This document shows, one piece after another, positions 11,149-25,220 of a DNA stretch of 64,000 nucleotides. The translations under genes were made by a program, and so were the position numbers. Where the stretch lies: positions 7,254,001 through 7,318,000 of the forward strand of contig OX597821.1 in assembly GCA_951406725.2 (NCBI GenBank), read 5' to 3'. The stretch's first letter is position 1, and every line of letters starts with the position of its first letter. The DNA is from Octopus vulgaris. Its lineage: Eukaryota. The notes under the pieces are model-generated. The model did not search any database, had not been told where the DNA came from, and was given only the letters and a program-made list of their open reading frames with translations.

Positions 11149-11478
11149 TTAACTCATGTGAGATTATGGCTGAGAATTGTCCTCATTCCATTTGTAACAA
11201 CACACCTGTATAAATCTGGATTTACTTCTGTTTTATCAATGTAGACAAAATCTAGGACTCACTGAATTTACAGACACACCTGTAGCTTGTCTGCAAGAAA
11301 GTGCCACATTTTAATAAAGTCATGAAGGAGAAGCAGATACAAAGAACTCATTGAATTTTATGTTCACAATTTTGATTATTTCCTCTGTTTTCGGGGTGGG
11401 TGGGTTGTTTTCAAATTGCTCAATTTATATTTGCATTTTAGACTCAGGTGTGGCTGTGTGGTAAGAAGTTTGTTTCCT

Positions 11479-11904
11479 TCTTAGGAAAGGTGGTGAGCTA
11501 GCAGAAACGTTAGCATGCCAGGCGAAATGCTTGGCGGTATTTCGTCTGCCGTTACGTTCTGAGTTCAAATTCCGCCAAGGTCAACTTTGCCTTTCATCCT
11601 TTCGGGGTCGATAAATTAAGTACCAGTTTTGCACTGGGGTCGATGTAATCGACTTAATCCGTTTGTCTGTCCTTGTTTGTCCTCTCTGTGTTTAGCCTCT
11701 TGTGGGTAGTAGTGAAATAGGTATTTCATCTGCTGTTATGTTCTGAGTTCAAATTCCACTGAGGTTGACTTTGCCTTTCATCCTTTCGGGGTCGATATAT
11801 TAAGTACCAGTTACGTACTGGGGTTGATGTAATCGACTTAATCCGTTTGTCTGTCCTTCTTTGTCCCCTCTATGTTTAGTTCCTTGCGGGCAATAAAGAA
11901 ATAG
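11479..11904 (+). mobile_element. Family B SINE with tandemly duplicated body, inserted into a family A-like head
   Basis: 14-bp target-site duplication gaagtttgtttcct at 11465-11478 and 11905-11918; body repeated at ~11537-11720 and ~11721-11904. Confidence 0.8.
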
Positions 11905-14453
11905 GAAGTTTGTTTCCTAGCCATATTGTTTTGAGTTCAGTCCCACTAGATGGTGTTTTGGACAAATGTCTGTTCCTACAGCCCTGGGTCAACCAAAGCC
12001 TTGTCAGTGAGTTTGTTGAATGGAAACTGCAAAATGCCTAAAAGTGTGTTTGCACGTGCTGCTGTCATCTTGTCTTGATTTTGCTTAATAGTTGCAAACA
12101 AGTGTCACATCATGCAAGCAGTTTCCTTTTTCTCCATTCCTCTGTAAAAACGTCTTCTGGTCATGGGGAAAGTTAACCTTACTTGAAAACAGGTGAGGGT
12201 CAGCAACAGCAAGATCATCTAACCCTAGGAAATCCTCCTTGACAAATTCTATCCAATTCATGCAAGCATGTTAAAGTGCATGTTAAGACAATGATTTTAT
12301 GCGCTGAGTCACCAAAAGCTTTAATTTGTTCACCAACAAACACTACCTTGTGAGTGAATTTGGATTAAGAATTTAAAAAAAAAAAACTATAAGTAATTAG
12401 TAAATTAACTTGTGTTGCTACTTTTGTGAAATGAAAATTAATCAAACACTTCATAAAAATATCGAGAACCATTGGCCTAGTCAGTTTGCTGAAGTGGAAT
12501 AAAATATTATGTTGTGCAAAGAAGAAAATTTAGCTTTGTTCTGGACAGGAATCTTCAGCTGGTTCTGCTTGAGATGTTAGAATTCTCATCCTTGCAACAA
12601 AATGATTTATTCCACCTTGCTAACTTTTTGTACTTACTATTTACTGACAGCATAGACCAGCTTTGGTTGCCTTGGTTTCTAATGTTAACACTTTACAATA
12701 TTAACTAGACTAGGTTTAAGTTTACATGTACTAAATGGGGGAAACAAAAAAGTTATGAAGAAAGAATGAAAGGTTATTGAAGAGTGAATAAGATGGCATC
12801 AAGATACTTTCTCAAATCAACCGATATATTTATTCTTGTTAACTTCACTTGATCATTAAATTCAGTCAGAGAAAAGTCCAGTCAAAAGAGTTGAAGACAA
12901 ACATATATGTTACTTATATGTGAAAGTGTTATGTTGTATATGAGAGAGAGAAATTGTAAGTCTGCATATAAGCAAGCTGTTTGAGAAAGGTGAGCCTTAA
13001 TGTGAATTGTGAAAGAATTGTCTTTTAATGCCATTGCAGGCAAGTGTGGCATCCTGCTACATCTTTAGACGATTTCCAAAAAGATGTTAGAATCGAAGAT
13101 ATTTGTAAGAAAGAAGTGACAGTGTTCTAGAATGTGAATGTTCTTTCTACAATTTGATGCATAATTACAACAGCAGTGGGTTTTTAATGTTTGCTGATAA
13201 GTTACCACAACCCCTTTCATTAGCTAGAATAGTGTGTGTCTATCTGTCTGCATAAGAAGTCCAACACTTGCAGTTATTTTATTTCAAACTATGGTTTTGT
13301 TGATTAAACAATGCCCTTTTCTAAACTGATGTTTAGAAAGAGGGATTGATTTACTACACAATGTCTACTGAACTTTCGCAACACCCCTACCCATCATTAA
13401 AGGAGATTTTGTTTTCATGTATTATAGTATTAGTCCTGAAGTGGAATTTGAAACAGCCAGGCAAAATGCAGTGACTGGTAAATTTTAACTCATAATCATG
13501 GACTAGAAAATTCAATTCCATCATCCCACATCCATTGAGCTACATTTTGTCTGTTTCAAGTGAGGATATTTCTTTTGGAATTCATTTTTTTTTCTTGTTT
13601 GGTTAGCCACATGTTAGCCCTGGCCTAATATACGTATGATCAACAGTCTTCTAGTCTTGGCTAACCAATCTGCTTTTGCATATCCAGGATTACTTTAGCT
13701 AACACGTTTCTCTGTATTTTTTTAGGACAGCAGATAGGATGTGATTTGAGGGAGATTTGACTGCTATTTCTTGCAGTTTGAGCAACTGCATAGTGGCCTC
13801 AAATACTTGATAGCAAGTCTGCTGTTTCATTTAGAAATTTTCTTAATTGATTTTGTGGTGAAACTTACATAGTTTCCTCATGTCTTTTTTTGCTGAATAT
13901 TTTGTGCAGCTGAACATCTCTCCATTCACTGTGCCTTTGTTCACTTCATTAAGTTATCTTTGATTGATCTTCAGATATCTGAGAGCACTTGAAAATGTCA
14001 TTCTAATCACATCTATTCCTTCATAAGCGCTGCATGATAAATTGTCAATATCTGCTACTGGTAGCAATCTTTCTAACTGCCAGGTGGGCATATTTCACTG
14101 CATCAAAATGTTTTCTGCATTTTCAAGCATGTTCCCACATGACAAATGGCTTCAGCATGTAGCATTTTGATTCAATGCAAGACCTTCTTCAACATCAGTA
14201 GTTTCCAACCTTTGCCTATTGCAATAACCTGTCTAGGCAGATCAGTAATCCAGTGTGGCTTTTCTTTTAGTTGTTAGATTAAGAAAGGAAAAGAATCCCA
14301 AAAGCAAGTTCATCATAGAAGACTTGAGCATTAATGTTCTGTTGCTGATGATTTGGTAAGGTTGATTGGACATTCAGCCTGAGTTTGCAGTAGTACTTTT
14401 TAGCACTGGAGGCAAACACACTCACACATGCACATGCAGAAATATACACGTAC

Positions 14454-14484
<31 letters not shown>

Positions 14485-14935
14485 TTACAATTTCTTAATT
14501 GAACATGATTAATGTAAATACATTCCTGCTTTTTACACACTTAAAAGAGAAATATGCTCACATACTTAAACAAAGAAAAAGGAGAAAATAGGGGAAACCT
14601 TAAAATGTCTAATGTCAAAATAAGTCAGCATTGAATTTCTGATGCCAAATAGGAGGCAGTGCCAAAACGGCTTTGCCAAAATGTCTCATCCCTGTCGTGG
14701 TTGAATCACAAAACTGCAACCTAACCTGGCAGCTGACAAAGTTCCACTGCATTGGAACTGTATCATGGTCATTGACTCAGTTCTGTGTCAAAACTTGCTG
14801 TCAAAGTTTTAGTTTTCATTAATACAATTGTGATGTTTTAACTGGCACAGTTCCACTGCAGTGCAACCATGTCCAAGTCAAAGTTCAGTGACAAAAACTT
14901 GGTGTCAAAGTTTTCATTACACAACTCTCACAGCT

Positions 14936-15390
14936 CATCATCATCATCGTTTAACATCTGCTTTCCATGCTAGCATGGGTTGGACGATTTGACTGAGGAC
15001 TGGTGAACCAAATGGCTGCACCAGGCTCCAATCTTGATCTGGCAGAGTTTCTACATCTGGATGCCCTTCCTAACGCCAACCACTCCGAGAGTGTAGTGGG
15101 TGCTTTTACGTGCCACCGGCATGAGGGCCAGTTAGGCGGTACTGGCAATGGTCACGCTCAAATGGTTTTTTTTACGTGCCACTTGCACAGGAACCAGTCC
15201 AGCGGCACCGGCAATGACCTCACTCGAATGTTTTCTCATGTGCCAGTAAAGCGATGCTGGTAACGATCATGCACGAATGGTGGTTTTTACATGCCACTGG
15301 CATGGAAGCCAGTTAGCTGCTCTGGCAACAATCACACTTAGATGGTGCTCTTAGCACTCCACTAGCAAGGATGCCAGTCATCGAATTTGA
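14936..15390 (-). mobile_element. RTE LINE 3' UTR (family C) with (GAT)n tail
   Basis: Reverse complement of ccaacccatgctagcatggaaagc..gttaaacgatgatgatg, plus repeated ggcacgtaaaagcacc units. Confidence 0.8.
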
Positions 15391-15397
15391 TTTCGAT

Positions 15398-15590
15398 CAC
15401 AAGACAAATTCTTCAAGCTGAGTCAACTGGCAGGAGACCTAGGAGTAGACCACAAGTGAGATGGTTAGGAATATCCATAGTTTTAATTGGTCACACTTTG
15501 GAATCCAGTGGAAAAGTGTAATGACAATTGCTTCAGAGATGACGCAATGGAGGTGGTGCCTCCTCAGGAATAGTAAGCAAAAATGGATGG
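15398..15590 (+). mobile_element. RTE (Rex3/Expander-like) LINE 3' fragment
   Basis: Translates RQILQAESTGRRPRSRPQVRWL..IHSFNWSHFGIQ; similar to 7155-7350. Confidence 0.7.
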
Positions 15591-16879
15591 AACTGTGACA
15601 TGATCAATGGCACAGTTGAGTGATAATAACTTGAGCTGTCAAAGTTTTCATCACACAGTTGCAACATGGTTACAAGCACTGCTCTGTTGCTGTGGAATTG
15701 TGTCAGCAAACTGGTCAATTTTTATGACGAAAGAAATTTCAATTTTAACACTACATGCATGATTGTTGTAAATGAGTATCACTGTCATACAAGCAGTGTC
15801 ACTCACTCCCAATATTTTTCGAAAACACGTCTGGCATGAGGAAATATTAACCTTGTCTGGAAACGGGGGAGGGCCGGCAAGAAGGTCATCTGGCCATAGA
15901 AAATTTGTCTCAGTAATCTCTATCTGACCCATGCAAGCATGGAGAGTGGACATTAAAATGAGGAGGATGATATGGTATAATACACATGTAGCCCAGTACA
16001 AAAAGTTATTGATCCATGGCTTAAATTATACCTTTGTGTTGTTCTTAATTCCATTATTGTTCCAATATGGAGGAATGGTAAAGAAGTTTGCATCATAATT
16101 ATGAGGTCTTGGGTTCAATCCCACTGCATAGCATCTTGAGCAAGTTTTTTTTTACCATCTATTCAGATTAATCCAAGCATTATGAATGAAAATTGGTTGA
16201 CAGGAAGTGAGCAATGGCATGTTGTTGATTGTATTTGTAACTTTTATGTGGCAACATTGTTATATTGGTTCGGCCTATAAAGAATACACTTCCCAACTAT
16301 GTGGTCTTGTGGAGCACCTGGGTTAAGTCTCTTCTATTATAGCCCTGGGCAAGCCCAATGCCTTGTGAGTGAATTTGGTTGGTGGAAACTGAAAGAAGCC
16401 TGCCGTGTGTGTGTGTGTGTGTATTTGTCCCTCTCCACACTGCTTGATATCCAGTGTTGGTTTGTTTACGTCCCCGTAACTTAGCGGTCTTTCAAAAGAG
16501 ACCAATAGAATAATTACAGGCTTAGAAGAAAAAAAAAGTAATAAACTAGTACTGGACTAAAACTATTCAAGGTGGTGCCCCAGCATGGCCGCAATCCGAT
16601 GCCTGAAACCAGCAAAACGAAAAGAAGAATAAAAACCCGAATGTCTGCGGAATACTCGCCCACTTCGGATGTTTATTCAACGAGTTTAAGTTCATAATCG
16701 AATCATGTAGTTCAATGCCCTGCCAGCACGCCTCTCCCTGACTGAACAGACATATTGTTAAAGGATGTCCAAGCCATGACCATCCCTTTTATTATTGTTT
16801 CTTAGTACCTCTTAGTTCGTGCCTGCAACCGCACCAGTAATGTGTGCGCGTGCATTTGTGTCAAAAGTTGCTAACCAAA

Positions 16880-17365
16880 TACATTATACACATATGCGCA
16901 CGCTCACACTTACATACACACACTCTCTCAAACACATACACTCTCACACACGCACGCACACTCTCATACACATCCTCACACACACACACACACCTTCACA
17001 CACCGTCACAAACACCCCTCATATACATACTCTCTCACACAATCACACACACTCTTACATACTTATACCTACACAACCTTACACACATACTTAGACACAT
17101 ACCCACACGCACTCACACACACACACACACACTCCCCCCCATACACACATACACACTCCCCCCCCATACACACATACACACTCCCCCCCCCATACACACA
17201 CGGAGCAACAAATAAAGATGTTGCTAATTGTTTTGAAATTTTATCAAATCCCATTCACATTATGAAGCCTAATTTAGCCAGTTTCTTCTAACGAATCCAG
17301 ATCTTTTTGCATCTCTCGGCTAAAAATACACTTGCATCAGACAGACACGCATACACACGCGCACA

Positions 17366-17410
<45 letters not shown>

Positions 17411-17840
17411 ACGCGCGCACGCTTTTCATATCAAACCTTTTTAATAATTACTATTACCACTTTAAGAAATATCGGTTTTCGCTTACGTTTCATCCCACCC
17501 CCCATCTCCACTACCTCTGCGCACACATATATCTGTGGATTTCCGAATGCACACACACACACACACACACACACAATGTTTCAATAGTCAATGTTTTGAT
17601 TTCTTTATACATATCTACATATATACATTCATATCTACATACATACATATGTGCAAATATATGTGTGTACTTATACACATGAACACACGCATACATATAC
17701 CTATAAGCACATGTATACACGTGCTTGTACTTACGCGCACACTCGTATATATTGTACAGATTCATACACGCATGGACATTAAACAAAACACACGCAGAGG
17801 ACAATCCCTATACGATGTGTACACACACACATACACACAC
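16880..17840. repeat. Compound (CA)n / (CATA)n low-complexity tract
   Basis: Degenerate CA-rich microsatellite runs. Confidence 0.85.
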
Positions 17841-17856
17841 ACAATAGTAAATCTAT

Positions 17857-18060
17857 TCTCCTTTTTCTCTCTTACTTGTTTCAGTCATTTGACTGTGGCC
17901 ATGCTGGAGCACCGCCTTTAGTCGAGCAAATCGACCCCGGGACTTATTCTTTTGTAAGCCCAGTACTTATTCTATTGGTCTCTTTTGCCGAACCGCTAAG
18001 TGACGGCGACGTAAACACACCAGCATCGGTTGTCAAGCAATGCTAGGGGGACAAACACAG

Positions 18061-18117
<57 letters not shown>

Positions 18118-18280
18118 CGACGGGCTTCTTTCAGTTTCCGTCTACCAAATCCACTCACAAGGCATTGGTCGGCCCGGGGCTATAGCAGAAGAAACTTGCC
18201 CAAGATGCCACGCAGTGGGACTGAACCCGGAACCTTGTGGTTGGTTAGCAAGCTACTTACCACACAGCCACTCCTGCGCC
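17857..18280 (-). mobile_element. Full-length young family A SINE
   Basis: Complete tRNA head to (AAAAGAGT)-type tail, CpGs intact; target-site duplication taaatctat at 17848-17856 and 18281-18289. Confidence 0.9.
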
Positions 18281-18713
18281 TAAATCTATGTTGATTTTTT
18301 TTTTATCTTCGTTAAATAACTTTAGCTGGGTAGTATTTGCTGCATCTGGTTCCTCTGGCTGGCTTCTCTTGCATTCTTCAGCTTGGATTCGTGCTTGTTA
18401 TACCCTTTTCCACCAAAACTATAACCACACACACACACCGAATGTAATACACACGTACACCGCATATTCACATATACCACATACACACACGCATCACATA
18501 TGTACACACACACCAAATATATCATTACGCGCGCACATATTACACACGCACCTTACTCACACACACACACCTTATATATTCCACACACACACATATGTAG
18601 ACACACTCAGACACTCAGTGATGTTGGCTCAAGTGTTTACAGTTGTCATCCTTCTGATAACTGGTTACACACTAAGCAAAAGAATGCGTCAGAGAAAGCT
18701 ATTCATATAAACA

Positions 18714-18716
<3 letters not shown>

Positions 18717-18763
<47 letters not shown>

Positions 18764-18916
18764 CCCTTCTCTACTGATTCATTCTCCCTCTCTCTCTCTC
18801 TCTCTCTCTTTCCCCTCTGTCTCCTTTTATCGTTTCTCTCTCTATCACTTTCTTTTCCTCCTTCGCTTGCTATCTATCTATCTATCTATCTATCTCTTTC
18901 TATCTATCTATCTCTT

Positions 18917-18967
<51 letters not shown>

Positions 18968-19056
18968 GTCTGTCTGTCTCTCTGTCTATCTGTCTGTCTG
19001 TCTCTCTGTCTATCTATCTGTCTGTCTCTCTGTCTATCTATCTGTCTGTCTCTCTG

Positions 19057-19095
<39 letters not shown>

Positions 19096-19160
19096 CTTTC
19101 TGTCTGTCTGTCTGTCTCTATCTGTCTGTCTCTATCTATCTATCTATCTCTTTCTGTCTG

Positions 19161-19227
<67 letters not shown>

Positions 19228-19700
19228 CTTTCTTTCTTTCTATCTATCTATCTATCTATCTCTTTCTATCTGTCTGTCTATCTGTCTATCTATCTATCTA
19301 TCTATCTATCTCTTTCTATCTGTCTGTCTATCTGTCTATCTATCTATCTATCTATCTATCTCTTTCTGTCTATCTATCTATCTATCTCTTTCTGTCTATC
19401 TATCTATCTCTTTCTGTCTGTCTATCTATCCGTCTGTCTGTCTGTCTGTCTATCTATCCGTCTGTCTGTCTGTCATTTTCTTTCTGTTGTTACCACTCTC
19501 TATGTCTCTCCTTTTGCTGATGTTCTCTCTCTCTTGCTCTCTTTCTCTCACCCTCTCTCTACTTCACCTTGTTTTGCTCCCTATCTACTATCACCCTGCT
19601 CTTTCTTTCTCTTTGTAACTATCGCTCTCTCTCTCTCTCTCTCCTAAATCTGTCTATCTATCTATCTATCTATCTATATCCCTTCTCTCTCTCTCTCTCT
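18717..19700. repeat. Compound (CT)n/(TCTA)n/(TCTG)n microsatellite
   Basis: Direct inspection; explains ORFs 18500-19618 and 18867-19520. Confidence 0.95.
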
Positions 19701-20049
19701 CACTCCATACATTTGTAAGTAATCTCCCGCCCACACACGTCCTCTTGAATTCTTTTCTTTCTTTCTTTCTCGTCTGTTTTTCTCTCAGTACTTTTGATGT
19801 AACTGTTTGTTTATTTGTTGTTCTGTTTTAATAAAGCTTCTCTCTCTCTCTCTCTCTCTCTCTCCTTCTTCTCATCTCTTTTTTTCTTTCTTGCAAAACA
19901 ACAATCCACCATCTCCTATTATCATCATCATCACTTATCTGGACATAGTTTTGCCAATGATCATCAACAAACACAACTCATCCGAGATCAAACAATTGGA
20001 TGGAAACATCAGTGAAGGATTTCTGTCTGTCTCTCTCTCTCTTTGTCTA

Positions 20050-20098
<49 letters not shown>

Positions 20099-20437
20099 GC
20101 CACCTCTCTCTGTGCTTAACTCTCTCTCCCTCTCTCCCCCTCCCTCTCTCAGTATCGTCTCCTTCCCGCCCTGCTGTCTCTGATATTTCATTGTAAACTT
20201 TTTAATCAAACATTTCACCTGCAAGTCAGCAGTCAGTGAGTAAAAGATCTTAGCATTTTCACAGCAACCAATAAACATGTCTGAAGTAATTCTTCTGATC
20301 ATCGTACATTTGTCGTCGTCGTCATCGTCTTATTGTTGCTAGTGTCGTTTAACCCCAGGCTGGCCCTGATAGCGGACCTGTGATCCAAGACGATATCATC
20401 CATGGTTAAACCAGTTGGATATTTGTTTATTTTACAA

Positions 20438-20560
20438 CTAGCAGTATCGCCCGGCGTTGCTCGGATTTGTAAGGGAAATAACTATATAAGCATTTTTAGA
20501 GAGTTATTGCCAAAAATTAGCAAAAAAAAATGCATTAAAAATGGGAAAAAAATGATGGTA
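20438..20560 (-). mobile_element. Helitron 3' end fragment
   Basis: Plus a-ctag-cagtatcg-cccggcgttgctcgg reads on the minus strand as hairpin then CTAG then T. Confidence 0.55.
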
Positions 20561-20783
20561 TCTACTGCTGGGTGCCCTTCCCAACTACCTAAGCTATCAT
20601 CTTAAAAATTGGTACTATTCAAAAAGAGTACAAAGCCAAAAAAAAAATTACAATACGAAATGAAAACTACCAGAAAAAGTATAAAATGAAGGAATGACCT
20701 ATCATAGGCCCATTCAATCAAAACTGACCTGGGGTTAAACAAAAAAATCAATAACAGGGTACATTAATGATGTAGTTCTGGAT

Positions 20784-21336
20784 CAGGCCTGGCCAACTCG
20801 AATTACATTGCGGGTCACTTTCATCACAGGTTTTTGAGGGCTGCTTGTATACTGACAGAATTGAAAGTATGATAAGGCGGCAAGCTGGCAGAAATGTTAG
20901 CACACCGGGCAAAATGCTTAGCAGTATTTTGTCTGCCGTTACATTCTGAGTTCAAATTCTACCAAGATCAACTTTGCCTTTCATCCTTTCATGGTCGATA
21001 AATTAAGTACCAGTTGTGCACTGGAGTCGATGTAATCGACTTAATCCCTTTGTCTATCCTTGTTTGTCCCCTCCATGTTTAGCCCCTTGTGGGCAATAAA
21101 TAAGAATTGAAAGCATTTTGCTTTCTCATGCTATTATTACAATAATGAACAACTGATTGTTGATTCAACATGAAGTATTATTGTTACAAAAACAGTAGTA
21201 ACTTTCTTTTTTTACTTTTCATTACAATCTTTATTTGATAAAATTTTTAAAAAGTTCATTTAAATAAACCCATTTCAAGAAAATATCAAGCAGGCTGCAG
21301 TATAAAAGTCTGCGGGCCTCAGGTTGGCCAGCCGTG
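20784..21336. mobile_element. hAT-type MITE with nested family B SINE (20868-21102, plus)
   Basis: TIRs caggcctggccaac and gttggccagccgtg; 8-bp TSD ttctggat/ttctagat; the inner SINE has an 11-bp TSD agaattgaaag (20857-20867, 21103-21113). Confidence 0.8.
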
Positions 21337-23094
21337 TTCTAGATACACAAGGTCTGAATATTAGGCTGCTGGTCATAGCTAGAATGACTTTTGGTTATAG
21401 GTTTATTCAATGGGAAAGTTGAGCTTAAACTGTTAAAAAGCAGCAACAACCTATTTTTGTTAACAAAGAACTTGATACATCTGCTAAAACTTCAATGCTT
21501 GAACCATTGTTAGATGTTTAAAATTTGTCTAATTCACTAAATCAATAACCGATATAGGTGCAGGCATGGCAGTGTAGTTAGGAAGTTCACTTCACAACCA
21601 TTGGCTTTTGGGTTCAGTTCCACTGTACAGCACCTTTGCCCTGACCAAATCCTTTGTGAATGGGTTTGGTAGATATAAAGTAAAAAAATAAAATAAAAAT
21701 CCACCATTATATTTAACTCAAGTTAATGAAAAGAGTTTATCTCGAACAATTTCACAGCCTCGTGTCTTCTTATGGTGTGTACTCATATAACGATTTAAAT
21801 TTAAAACTTGTTAATTGCATGTGCAGAAACTTTCTTAAAACCTGGCAAGCTTCCACAGTACCAGTGAATGTTTCATTCAATGTTTCCTGTGTGCCAAAGA
21901 ACAAATTTCATTTAATGATGTGACAGTTGGCTGCTGGCATTGGTAAGCCTCAAGAATGGTGAATCAATGCAGAAATGATATTTGTCTCACTCTGATATTT
22001 GTTGTGTTTTAACACTGGAAGTCTGTGAAGAGATTTTTATCTCAGAATACTCCACAGCATCTTGTCTTGTAATTGTATATATATATATGCATTTACTATG
22101 ATACACAGATGGTATATATGTATATCAATATGCATGTTGTCCAACCCATGCCAGCATGGACAACAGACGTTAAATGACGATGATGATGTCTGTGTCACTC
22201 ATTTCCAGTTATCTGAAAACGTGTCTGGCCATTGTGCCATTTGCATTTGAAAGACTTGGAAGAATAGTTTCCCATTTGGAAGGTGAGAGTTGGCAACAAG
22301 AAGAGCATATAGCTGTAGAAAATCTTCCTCAATGAATTTTATTAAAACAATGATGATGATGATGGTGATCTATCTTGCCTACTTTTCTAGTTTGTTCTGA
22401 GTTGCTATTGGAATCAATCTCTCTTTCGGACAAGAAATCCAGCGCTCTAATATTCAGTTTGAATTCTCTTAGGTTAGGAATGAAGGAACCGTGGAAGGAC
22501 TGGCATGTCAAAGAATCGACCCAACCTTTTTCTTTGCATGTCATTAAAGGCAACGAAAAGAGATTCAAGTAGGCTTTGCATTTCAATCTTATAAAACCCT
22601 CTCCAGCCATGACTATCCAAACAGACCCATGGATTGGGGAGGTTGTCACCCTGGTGGTGCAAAGGTGTCATCTGCCAGGAGAAGGGAATCTCCAACAAAT
22701 GGTAGATGTAGTGACATACTGTTACAGCACATGCCTCCACACTTCTTCTATGAGAGACCACTCGGTGTTATAATAATCCTGCTAAACAGGAGAACAATGC
22801 AATAATGCTGCAAATAATTATTGCATTGTCTTCATTTTTGAATTAATTTTAGTTTGATCCAGCTTCTTCTTCTTCCATTGTCAACCAGCTTATTCTATCA
22901 TTCCATTCTTAGATCCACCATTACCATTTATTATTTATTTTCTTTTGCTGAGCTGTTAATCTGCAAATTGTTTTTTTCTCTTAAATTATTAATCGTTATA
23001 TAATTATTAATCCTTCTTTTTTAAAATCTTTTCCATTTAAATATAAATGTTCTAAAACATTACAAGAACCATCCATCTGAAGATTAACATACTT

Positions 23095-23430
23095 TCCTCT
23101 CCTTACCGAAAATTTGATTCCCCTGCCATTGTCATGGTCCATCTTTTCTTTGGTCTTCTTCCTAAACCGATGTCTTCTTCCTCTCCATTGTCAACTTCTC
23201 TTTCTCTTAATCCAAACTCTTCTCATCCCAGGCCATGTTGTCTTTCATTCCAGTGAATTTTCTCTTCTTCCCCCTTCTGCTCCCACCTAATACTGGACCT
23301 TCAGTTTTCCAAACTTTAGATCAACTTAACCAGTTTTATCTAATCCTCCTGCTTCCTTGTCCCAAGATCTTTTCGTATTCTCCTTTTCCACAAGCTACCT
23401 ATGATGGTTCCATCTCCTTGGACATAAGAA
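23095..23430 (-). mobile_element. Highly degraded RTE-like ORF2 3' fragment
   Basis: Purine-rich minus strand with ..GLGRRPKKRWT.., resembling the GRPKKRW motif near RTE C-termini. Confidence 0.35.
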
Positions 23431-24194
23431 ACAAAACAACAACAGACAAAAAATCTAAAACAAAAAAAAAATGAACAACATGGCTGTGTGATGAGAAGCT
23501 TGCTTCTCAACCACATGGTTTCAGGTTCAGCCCCACTGCATGGCACCTTAGGCAAGTGTCTTCTACTATAGCCTTGGGTTGAACAGCTTTGTAAGTGGAT
23601 TTGGTAAATGAAAACTTAAAGAAGCCCAGACATTGCATAATAATAAAGCAAAAAAAAAATTATAAGCCGGAGTGGTTTTCTCCCTTTAAGGTAAATTTCT
23701 CCCTCCCTTTTATTTCTTAGCAAACTATCTTTCTCTCTGCTTCTTACTCTGAAAGCTACCGTAGGTGGCAGCTCCAACAGTCACCAGTCAAATTCCATGT
23801 ATGTGTGTATGTGTGTTCCCCACCATTGCGTGACAACCAGTGTTGGTGTGTTTACATCTCAGTGACTTAGCAATTTGTCAGAAAGAAAAAAATGTGACTG
23901 ATAGAATGAGTACCAGCCTTTAAAAAATGAGGTGCTGGAGTCAATTCATTTGTCTAAAATTCTTCAGAGTGGTGCCCCAGCATGGCCACAGTCTAATGAC
24001 TGAAACAAATAAAAGGTATAAGATAACAGAACCCTGGTTACTTGGTTTCTGCACATTTTATTTGTCTGGTACTACAGTTCATTGACCCTGAATGTAGGAA
24101 AGCAAAGTTAAGCTCAGCAGGATTTGAACTCAGAAATCAACGAGACAAAGATCGAATACTGCCAAGCCTTTTTTATGTCCCTCTAACAATTCTA

Positions 24195-24420
24195 ATTTCT
24201 TTATTGCCCCACAAGGGGCTAAACATAAAGGGGACAAACAAGGACAGACAAAGGGATTAAGTCGATTACATCAACCCCAGTGCGTAACTGGTTCTTATTT
24301 TATTGACCCCAAAAGGATGAAAGGCAAAGTCAACCTCAGCGGAATTTGAACTCAGAACAGCAGACGAAATACCGCTAAGCATTTTGCCTGACGTGCTAAC
24401 GTTTCTGCCAAACTGCTACC
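24195..24420 (-). mobile_element. Family B SINE
   Basis: Reverse complement of the 20873-21102 type. Confidence 0.8.
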
Positions 24421-24899
24421 CTTGGTGTGGTTTTCTTGACATTATTTAACCTTTAGCACACTTAAGCACATCATGTTGCCATAGGTGCCATGTAAAAAGC
24501 ATTTGTCTGGGTGCTGGTGCCATGTAAAAATCACTGGTGATAGTGCCATATATAAAGCGCCCTGTACACTCTGTGGAGTGGTTGGCATTAGGAAGGGCAT
24601 CTAGCTATAGAAACCAAGCCAAAATAGACTATGGCAGCTGATGTGGACCCTGGCCTTGCCAGATCCTGTTAGGCTGTCCAACCCATGCCAGCATGGTAAA
24701 CCTATTAAATGTTGATGATGATGTATCTGTAGGTGCATTGTGTCATACTGAGAGGGGAGAAAATCTGTATGGTAATGTGAGGCATCCACACTATGTTAAA
24801 GGCTAAGCATGGGTTAGCTTTAATATATTTAACTTGGGTTGTAGACACTCCAGACATGGCCACCTCTCCTTAATTTCAGATGTAGTGGTATCTAAAAAA

Positions 24900-25220
24900 A
24901 GTAAAGACCCCCTTCAGTCATAAATGATCATGGGATTGCACCCAGAAAGTTCCCCTTCGAGGCACAAATCCAGGCATGGTTGTTTAAGAAAGACCAGCAG
25001 TCACCCATGCATTCCCTCTCCATACCACCGATGTTACCCAAGGGAAAGGCAAAGGCTGATACAGCTTGGCACCAGTGACATTGCAACTCATTTCCACAGC
25101 TGAGTGAACTGGAGCAACGTGAAATAAAGTGTCTTGCTCAAGAACACAACATACAGCCCAGTCCAGGAATCGAACTCACTACTTCATGATTGTGAGTTGA
25201 ACATTCTAACCACTGAGCTC
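24900..25220 (-). mobile_element. Family D SINE with LINE-derived tail ending ..gaagggggtctttac
   Basis: tRNA-like head at ~25220-25155 (gagttcgattcc B box); body tgtgttcttgagcaagacacttt; tail also found at 29300-29510. Confidence 0.7.

Noticed and set aside
13900-14230. Possible very old RTE fragment on the minus strand
   Set aside because: Only a vague motif resemblance with many stops, which cannot be supported without an alignment.
18500-19618. 372-aa hydrophobic LSIY ORF
   Set aside because: Artefact of the (TCTA)n and (CT)n microsatellite.
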